Of a DNA stretch of 32,000 nucleotides, positions 25,636 to 32,000 are shown piece after piece. The notes beneath the pieces were generated by a model. The model was not told the origin of the DNA. It ran no database searches and saw nothing but the letters and a program-made list of their open reading frames with translations. Source of the DNA: Corynebacterium glutamicum ATCC 13032 (GTDB lineage: Bacteria; Actinomycetota; Actinomycetes; Mycobacteriales; Mycobacteriaceae). The stretch spans positions 2,490,001-2,522,000 of the forward strand of contig NC_003450.3 of assembly GCF_000011325.1 (NCBI RefSeq). Direction: 5' to 3'. The translations under genes and the position numbers were made by a program. Numbering within the stretch: the stretch's first letter is position 1; each line of letters opens with the position of its first letter.

Positions 25636-28346
25636 TAGGCCAATTCCTCCAGACGCTTGTTAATGCGCTCAACTTCTTCTTGGGCAATCTGCGCACGGCC
25701 ACGGATCTTGTCTACCACTGCATCAGGTGCCTTGGACAGGAAAGCCTCATTACCCAGCTTCTTTGCGGTGGTTTCCAATTCCTTCTGTGCGTTAGCCAGG
25801 TCCTTTTCCAGGCGCTTGCGCTCTGCTGCAACGTCAACAGTTCCAGAGGTGTCAAGCTCCACCGTGATGGTTGCTTGGCTCAGGCGGATCTCCAGGCTGG
25901 CAGAAGCTGCGAAATCATCTTCTGGTTGCTCGATGCGAACCAGGGAGCGCACGGAATCTTCCAGATCCTGCAGGTCACATGCCACGAAATCAAGGCGTGC
26001 TGGAACCTTCTGGGAAGGCTTCACACCCTGGTCAGCGCGGAAACGACGAACCTCAGTAACAAGCTTCTCGACGTCGCCAATGCGCCTAGCTGCATCAGCG
26101 TCCACGGCGACTCCGCCGTTGGTGTCAGCTGCGGTTGGCCAGGAGGCCACCACGATGGAGGTGCGATCAGTAAGTGCCTGCCACAGAACTTCGGTGACGA
26201 AAGGCATAGCTGGGTGCAGCAGACGAAGCAGTGCATCCAAGACATGGCCAAGCACCTTTTGGGTGTTTTCACCCTGAGCGGAGGTGCCTTCGCGTGGGAT
26301 CTGAACCTTCGCGATTTCCAGGTACCAGTCACAGAACTCGTTCCACGCGAAGTGGTAGAGCTCCTCGTTGGCCTTCGCGAACTGGTAGTTGTCCAGGTAA
26401 GCATCAACGTCGAGGCGAACCTGCTCAAGGAGGTCCACGATCCAGCGGTCAGCGTCGGTGAGTTCTTCACGTGCTGGCAGGCCTTCGGACACTGCACCGT
26501 TCATCAGCGCAAACTTGGTTGCGTTGAACAGCTTGGTGGCAAAGTTACGGGAGCTCTGTGCAGAGTCTTCACCGACAGGCAGGTCGACGCCTGGGTTAGC
26601 GCCACGGGCAAGGGTGAAGCGCAGCGCATCCGCGCCGTAGTTCTCCACCCAATCCATCGGATCGATGCCGTTGCCCAAAGACTTGGACATCTTGCGGCCG
26701 TGCTCATCGCGAACCAGGCCGTGCAGGAAGAGGTCGGTGAATGGAACCTGTGGGCGTCCATCCTTGCCTTCGCCCAGAAGTTCTGGGGTTTCCTTGGCTG
26801 CAAAGGTGCCGAACATCATCATGCGGGCAACCCAGAAGAACAGGATGTCGTAGGCGGTGACCAGCACGGAGGTTGGGTAGAACTTCTCCAGCTCAGGGGT
26901 CTTTTCTGGCCAACCCATTGTAGAAAATGGCCACAGCGCAGAAGAGAACCAGGTATCTAGAACATCTGGGTCTTGGACGTAGCCCTCAGGTGCCTGCTCA
27001 TCAGGCCCAACGCAGATGATTTCATCGTTTGGTCCATACCAAATTGGGATGCGGTGTCCCCACCACAGCTGACGGGAAATGGTCCAGTCATGCATGTTGT
27101 CAACCCAGTCAAAGTAGCGAGGCTCCAGGGACTTCGGGTGGATGGTGGTGTCGCCTTCGCGCACGGCATCGCCGGACATCTTGGCCAGCTCTTCGACCTT
27201 GACGAACCACTGCAGAGACAGACGAGGCTCAATAGCTTCGCCGGAACGCTCGGAGTGTCCGACGGAGTGGACGTATGGGCGAATTTCCTTGACAATGCGA
27301 CCCTGGGCTGCGAGTTCTTCGCGGACCTTGATGCGTGCTTCTTCGCGGGTCAGGCCATCAAACTGGGTTCCGGTATCGGCAATGCGTCCGGTCTTGTCCA
27401 TGATGGTAGGCATGTCCAGGTTGTGGCGCAGGCCAAGAGCGTAGTCATTAGGGTCGTGTGCTGGGGTGATCTTGACGGCACCGGAGCCGAACTCTGGGTC
27501 GACGTAATCATCAGCAACAACCTTCAGGCTCAGGTCATCGCGGAATGGGTGAGGCAGGGTCTGTCCGACCAAATCCTTGTAGCGCTCATCGTCTGGGTGC
27601 ACGGCAACAGCGACGTCGCCGAGCATGGTTTCCACACGGGTGGTGGCAACAATGACATGTGGTTCATCGTCGTTGAGGGAACCATAGCGAATGGATACCA
27701 GTTCGCCTTCGACATCCTTGTAGATAACTTCGATGTCAGAAACCGCGGTTTCTAGTACGGGCGACCAGTTGACGAGGCGGTTGGCCTGATAGATGAGGCC
27801 GGCGTCGAAAAGCTTCTTGAAAATCGTTTGGACGGCGCGGGACAAGCCGTCATCCAAGGTGAAACGCTCGCGGGACCAGTCCACGGAATCGCCGATGGCG
27901 CGCATCTGCTCGCCGATCTTTCCACCATATTCTTGCTTCCACTCCCAGACCTTGGCGATGAACTCTTCGCGGTCATAGTCGTAGCGAGTTTTGCCTTCAG
28001 TTTCCTTCAGCATCTCCTCGACCTTGGTCTGGGTCGCGATACCCGCGTGGTCCATACCTGGCAGCCACAAAACCTCAAAGCCCTGCATGCGCTTGCGACG
28101 TGCAAGAGCATCCATCAGGGTGTGGTCAAGTGCGTGTCCCATGTGCAGCTGGCCGGTCACGTTTGGTGGAGGCAGAACAATGGAGAATCCTGGCTTGTCG
28201 CTAGCAGGATCGGCAGTGAAATAACCGGCGTCTACCCAGCCCTGGTACAAATCAGCTTCTACAGCTTTAGGATCCCAGGACTTGGGCAGCTTGTCTGCGC
28301 GGTTCTGGCTGGTGGTCTCATTATTCTGGTCAGTCACGCAGACCAT
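25635..28346 (-). CDS. valS: Valine--tRNA ligase
   Basis: 903 aa. It is a class I aaRS with HIGH-type [18 protein letters not shown] ([10 protein letters not shown]) and a C-terminal coiled coil. Confidence 0.97.
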   Translation of the reverse strand: MVCVTDQNNETTSQNRADKLPKSWDPKAVEADLYQGWVDAGYFTADPASDKPGFSIVLPPPNVTGQLHMGHALDHTLMDALARRKRMQGFEVLWLPGMDHAGIATQTKVEEMLKETEGKTRYDYDREEFIAKVWEWKQEYGGKIGEQMRAIGDSVDWSRERFTLDDGLSRAVQTIFKKLFDAGLIYQANRLVNWSPVLETAVSDIEVIYKDVEGELVSIRYGSLNDDEPHVIVATTRVETMLGDVAVAVHPDDERYKDLVGQTLPHPFRDDLSLKVVADDYVDPEFGSGAVKITPAHDPNDYALGLRHNLDMPTIMDKTGRIADTGTQFDGLTREEARIKVREELAAQGRIVKEIRPYVHSVGHSERSGEAIEPRLSLQWFVKVEELAKMSGDAVREGDTTIHPKSLEPRYFDWVDNMHDWTISRQLWWGHRIPIWYGPNDEIICVGPDEQAPEGYVQDPDVLDTWFSSALWPFSTMGWPEKTPELEKFYPTSVLVTAYDILFFWVARMMMFGTFAAKETPELLGEGKDGRPQVPFTDLFLHGLVRDEHGRKMSKSLGNGIDPMDWVENYGADALRFTLARGANPGVDLPVGEDSAQSSRNFATKLFNATKFALMNGAVSEGLPAREELTDADRWIVDLLEQVRLDVDAYLDNYQFAKANEELYHFAWNEFCDWYLEIAKVQIPREGTSAQGENTQKVLGHVLDALLRLLHPAMPFVTEVLWQALTDRTSIVVASWPTAADTNGGVAVDADAARRIGDVEKLVTEVRRFRADQGVKPSQKVPARLDFVACDLQDLEDSVRSLVRIEQPEDDFAASASLEIRLSQATITVELDTSGTVDVAAERKRLEKDLANAQKELETTAKKLGNEAFLSKAPDAVVDKIRGRAQIAQEEVERINKRLEELA

Positions 28347-28395
28347 CTTAACCCCTGTACTTGTTTATCAAGTATCCGGATTTAGGTTAATGAGT

Positions 28396-29973
28396 TTATT
28401 GCTTTGTAATTGCCCAATAAACAGGTATGGCCTTCCAGTTTACGGAGACGTTGTCCACGGATTCTGAGTAGCCGCCAACCACATTCGGGTACCACAGTGG
28501 GATTGCGGGAAGATCGCGCAACAACATTTCCTGGGCCTGCGCATATGCCTGGAAGGTTTCCTCCTTGGTGGAGGCTGCTGCGGCGTCGGCAATCAATTGA
28601 TCAAATTCTGGGTTTTCGTACTTGGCATCGTTGGAGGCCACGCCCGAGGTGTAGTTAGGTCCAAGGAAGTTGCCGATGCTTGGGTAGTCCGCAAACCACG
28701 CGGTGCGGTAGGCGCCATCCAATCCGGTGGTGCGGTATGTGTCGCGGAAGGATTTAAAATCGGGGAAAGGATTGCCAGTGGCGTTGACGTCTAATTCGTT
28801 GCTGATGCTGTTTGCTACCGCATCCACCCATTCCCGGTTGGGAACATCCGCGTTGTAACTGATCTGCAATTCGCCCTCAAAAGGTGCGATCTCCTCAGCG
28901 TCTTCCCACAGCTCACGGGCCTTGTCAGGCTGGAAAGTCAGCACGTCATTGCCGTTCAAATCATCGCGCCAGCCGTCGAGCACGGGCGCGGTGAAGTCGA
29001 GCGCAGGCGTGTAGGTGCCGGCGAAGATCTGCTCAGCGATTTCTTCACGGTTAATCGCCATAGAAATTGCTTGTCGACGCAACTGTCCCTGTTGCCCTTC
29101 AAAGTTGGGGGATTCCATGCGAATGGAGAGTTCCAGATAGGAGGCCGCAGGTTGATTAATGGATCGACCCGACAGTTCCTCTTCATAGGTGGTGTACGCC
29201 GATGGTGGAATGAGATCCAGCACATCTAGGTTTCCAGCCAACAGATCTGAATAAGCTGCATCATTTTGGGCGTAGAACACGTACTTCAAGCCATCGTTGT
29301 TGGCTGCGCGCGGGCCATCGTAGTGTTCATTGGCCACCACTTTCAGTTCTGCGTTGTGATCCCACTGCTCTAGTTTGTAAGGGCCAGAGGACACGGGGTT
29401 TTCACCAAAGGCGTCAATATCATCGCGAGCCGAAGCTGGCATCGGTGCAAAACCGTAGTAGCCAATGCGTTGGGTGAACTCAGAATCCGGTTGGGCAAGC
29501 TCGATGGTAAATGTGCGATCATCCACCACATTCAAACCCTCGAGCGTTTCCACGCCCTCCTCATACCCTTTAATCGGTGAGAAGAAAGAAGTGTTGAGCA
29601 GTCCATTTTCCACTACAAAATTCCAGGTATCCACAAAATCAGTGGCAGTAATATCCGATCCGTCACTGAATTTGATGCCATCACGCAAAGTGATTTTGTA
29701 GGTGGTGTCTGTTTCCTGGTCAATTGATGCCGCCAGGTCATTTTGAGCAACGCCAGCTTCATCAAAGTAGACGAGCCCGGAGTACAGCATGTCCACCACT
29801 CGCCCACCGCCGTTTTCATTGGTGTCGCCCGGGATGAGTCCGCGCTGAGGTTCGGTGCCGTTGACGGATACGTAATTCACGTCTGGGGTGCCACTAGAGC
29901 TGGAACAAGATGCCAGCCCGATAGCCAGGGTTGAGGCCATCACTGTTGCGATGACTTTTGTGGCTGTGCGCAT
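28396..29973 (-). CDS. ABC transporter substrate-binding lipoprotein, family 5 (peptide/nickel, DppA/OppA-like)
   Basis: MRTATKVIATVMASTLAIGLASC-SSS carries a lipobox (LASC), preceded by SD AGGAG (cataGGAGatttaATG). The body is of family-5 SBP length and composition. The ORF-track start at 30078 is rejected. Confidence 0.85.
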   Translation of the reverse strand: MRTATKVIATVMASTLAIGLASCSSSSGTPDVNYVSVNGTEPQRGLIPGDTNENGGGRVVDMLYSGLVYFDEAGVAQNDLAASIDQETDTTYKITLRDGIKFSDGSDITATDFVDTWNFVVENGLLNTSFFSPIKGYEEGVETLEGLNVVDDRTFTIELAQPDSEFTQRIGYYGFAPMPASARDDIDAFGENPVSSGPYKLEQWDHNAELKVVANEHYDGPRAANNDGLKYVFYAQNDAAYSDLLAGNLDVLDLIPPSAYTTYEEELSGRSINQPAASYLELSIRMESPNFEGQQGQLRRQAISMAINREEIAEQIFAGTYTPALDFTAPVLDGWRDDLNGNDVLTFQPDKARELWEDAEEIAPFEGELQISYNADVPNREWVDAVANSISNELDVNATGNPFPDFKSFRDTYRTTGLDGAYRTAWFADYPSIGNFLGPNYTSGVASNDAKYENPEFDQLIADAAAASTKEETFQAYAQAQEMLLRDLPAIPLWYPNVVGGYSESVDNVSVNWKAIPVYWAITKQ

Positions 29974-30209
29974 TAAATCTCCTATGGGTGAGCGTTGCTG
30001 TTTGCAACGTGCCTGTGTGGGCCGATTTGGTATGGCCAACAAATCAAATCTAGCCAGTGACTCACCACACCTTTGCAATTATTAGTGACTCAGGACTCTT
30101 AACTACCCCCATAACCTCATTGAACATGCAAAACTAATGCTTTTGGGGGGTATGCATAAATTCGTTTCGTTCCACTGCACAGCCCGAAAATGCTGCTAGG
30201 GTCAAGTTC

Positions 30210-31664
30210 ATGCGTTTTGGACTTGACTTGGGAACTACCCGCACAATCGCGGCCGCCGTGGACCGCGGAAACTATCCCATCGTCACTGTGGAAGATTCTT
30301 TAGGCGACACCCACGATTTCATTCCATCTGTGGTGGCCCTCAAGGCAGATAGGATTGTCGCGGGTTGGGATGCTATTGAGGTTGGGCAGGACCACCCTTC
30401 CTTCGTACGTTCTTTCAAACGCCTACTCTCTGAACCCAATGTCACGGAAGCCACCCCGGTCTACTTGGGCGATCATGTACACCCTTTGGGCGCCGTCCTG
30501 GAGGCTTTTGCGGAAAACGTGGTCACTGCGCTGCGTGCATTTCAGACGCAATTGGGAGATACCTCCCCGATCGAAGTAGTCATTGGTGTGCCCGCCAACT
30601 CCCACAGCGCCCAGCGACTGCTCACCATGTCCGCCTTCAGCGCCACAGGCATCACCGTTGTCGGTTTGGTCAATGAGCCCAGCGCCGCAGCTTTCGAGTA
30701 CACCCACCGCCACGCCCGCACCTTAAACTCCAAGCGCCAAGCCATCGTGGTTTATGATTTGGGAGGCGGAACATTCGACTCCTCGCTCATCCGCATCGAC
30801 GGCACCCACCACGAGGTTGTGTCCTCCATTGGCATTTCACGCCTTGGTGGCGATGATTTCGATGAAATCCTCCTCCAATGCGCGCTCAAGGCCGCAGGCA
30901 GACAGCACGATGCGTTTGGCAAGCGTGCTAAAAACACGCTTCTCGACGAATCCCGCAACGCGAAGGAAGCTCTTGTTCCGCAATCCCGTCGCTTGGTTCT
31001 AGAAATTGGCGACGACGACATCACCGTTCCAGTGAACAAGTTCTACGAGGCTGCCACTCCCCTGGTGGAAAAATCCTTGTCCATCATGGAACCCCTCATC
31101 GGCGTCGATGATCTTAAAGATTCCGACATCGCAGGCATCTACCTTGTTGGTGGAGGATCCTCGCTCCCACTCGTTTCCAGGTTGCTCCGCGAGCGTTTCG
31201 GCCGCCGTGTCCACCGCTCCCCATTCCCCTCAGGTTCCACTGCGGTGGGTCTGGCCATCGCGGCTGACCCTTCCTCTGGTTTCCACCTAAGGGACCGCGT
31301 TGCGCGAGGCATCGGTGTGTTCCGTGAGCACGATTCTGGTCGTGCCGTGAGCTTTGACCCGCTGATCGCCCCGGACACCGATTCTGCGACCGTGGCGAAA
31401 CGATGCTACAAGGCGGTGCACAACATTGGTTGGTTCAGGTTCGTGGAATACTCCACCGTGTCCGAGGATGGCAGCCCCGGAGATATTTCCCTGCTCAGTG
31501 AAATCAAGATTCCTTTTGATAGCTCCATCACCGATGTGGATGCTACCGAGATTTCACGTTTCGATGGCCCAGAAGTAGAAGAAACCATCACAGTCAATGA
31601 CAACGGCGTGGCTTCCATTTCCATCAAGATACTCGGCGGCGTTACCGTCGAGCACACAATTTAG
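30210..31664 (+). CDS. Hsp70 (DnaK)-family ATPase, atypical: NBD plus a short beta-rich C-terminal domain, no helical lid
   Basis: 484 aa. It carries FGLDLGTTRT (phosphate-1), VIGVPANS, VYDLGGGTFDSS (phosphate-2), IYLVGGGSSLP (adenosine motif), then RGIGVF... and ITVNDNGVASISIK, which resemble the Hsp70 SBD-beta. The protein ends where the lid helices would begin. Confidence 0.8.
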   Translation: MRFGLDLGTTRTIAAAVDRGNYPIVTVEDSLGDTHDFIPSVVALKADRIVAGWDAIEVGQDHPSFVRSFKRLLSEPNVTEATPVYLGDHVHPLGAVLEAFAENVVTALRAFQTQLGDTSPIEVVIGVPANSHSAQRLLTMSAFSATGITVVGLVNEPSAAAFEYTHRHARTLNSKRQAIVVYDLGGGTFDSSLIRIDGTHHEVVSSIGISRLGGDDFDEILLQCALKAAGRQHDAFGKRAKNTLLDESRNAKEALVPQSRRLVLEIGDDDITVPVNKFYEAATPLVEKSLSIMEPLIGVDDLKDSDIAGIYLVGGGSSLPLVSRLLRERFGRRVHRSPFPSGSTAVGLAIAADPSSGFHLRDRVARGIGVFREHDSGRAVSFDPLIAPDTDSATVAKRCYKAVHNIGWFRFVEYSTVSEDGSPGDISLLSEIKIPFDSSITDVDATEISRFDGPEVEETITVNDNGVASISIKILGGVTVEHTI

Positions 31665-32000
31665 TTACCATTTTGGTGCTGGTGGAGTCCAGGTCTGCAT
31701 TGCCTTTAGCAGGGCATGCGGGTCGGATTCCACGATGAGGCACTCAAAGAAGTCTCGCTTGATAAATCCACGCTGGGTCATCTGCTCAAGCATTTCCAGC
31801 AGGGGCTGCCAAAAACCATCGACATCATAAAGTGCGACGGGCTTTTGATGAATGCCCAGCTGTTGCCAGGTCCAGACCTCGAAAAGTTCTTCCAAGGTGC
31901 CGGCGCCACCGGGCATGGCGATAAAACCATCGCCAAGTTCTGCCATGCGACGCTTGCGGATGTGCATATCAGGAACGATTTCAAGTTCGGTGAGCTTTTC
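31665..32000 (-). CDS. LOG family protein (cytokinin riboside 5'-monophosphate phosphoribohydrolase / lysine decarboxylase-like), 3' part only
   Basis: ...EKLTELEIVPDMHIRKRRMAELGDGFIAMPGGAGTLEELFEVWTWQQLGIH.KPV contains the PGGxGTxxE LOG motif. The frame stays open to the window edge, so the Met at 31967 is internal. Confidence 0.8.
   Translation of the reverse strand, partial: EKLTELEIVPDMHIRKRRMAELGDGFIAMPGGAGTLEELFEVWTWQQLGIHQKPVALYDVDGFWQPLLEMLEQMTQRGFIKRDFFECLIVESDPHALLKAMQTWTPPAPKW

Noticed and set aside
25680-26960. 426-aa plus-strand ORF antisense to valS
   Set aside because: It lies opposite an unambiguous valS gene and has no recognisable domain.
28396-30078. The 560-aa version of the substrate-binding protein starting at 30078
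   Set aside because: The internal ATG at 29973 has an AGGAG SD and yields a standard lipoprotein signal peptide. The upstream 35 codons have no signal-peptide logic.

Overview
High-GC actinobacterial chromosome segment that looks like Corynebacterium glutamicum. The basis is an ISCg1/IS31831-type ISL3 element and the proB-dehydrogenase-proA arrangement; this is recognition, not a database hit. A conserved housekeeping backbone runs on the minus strand across the whole window: valS-folC-DUF4233, ndk, rne, rplU-rpmA, obg, proB-(2-hydroxyacid dehydrogenase)-proA, nadD, rsfS-histidine phosphatase-degV, and a truncated membrane-anchored gene at the left edge. Small accessory insertions, several of them on the plus strand, interrupt this backbone. 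(i) A Tat-signal cutinase-like esterase lies between nadD and proA. (ii) About 4.4 kb lies between obg and rpmA: an NCS2 permease fused to an OHCU-decarboxylase-like domain, an aldo/keto reductase, an orphan acidic protein, and a 90-aa membrane-tethered ribbon-helix-helix protein. (iii) Between rne and ndk sit a 4-TM plus winged-helix protein and a pirin/AhpD-like operon whose pirin gene is split by a 1453-bp IS with a perfect 8-bp target duplication. (iv) Between DUF4233 and ndk sit an SRPBCC protein, a GNAT protein and a small membrane protein. (v) At the right end are an orphan family-5 ABC substrate-binding lipoprotein, a lidless Hsp70-like ATPase and a truncated LOG-family gene. I saw no rRNA, tRNA or CRISPR array. 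I found no clear multi-gene novel system. The best candidates for undescribed biology are the two membrane-tethered DNA-binding-fold proteins, the permease-OHCU-like fusion (the conserved His-Pro motif appears to read Tyr-Pro) and the orphan Hsp70-like protein. Function calls rest on motif and family recognition by eye and need profile searches to confirm.
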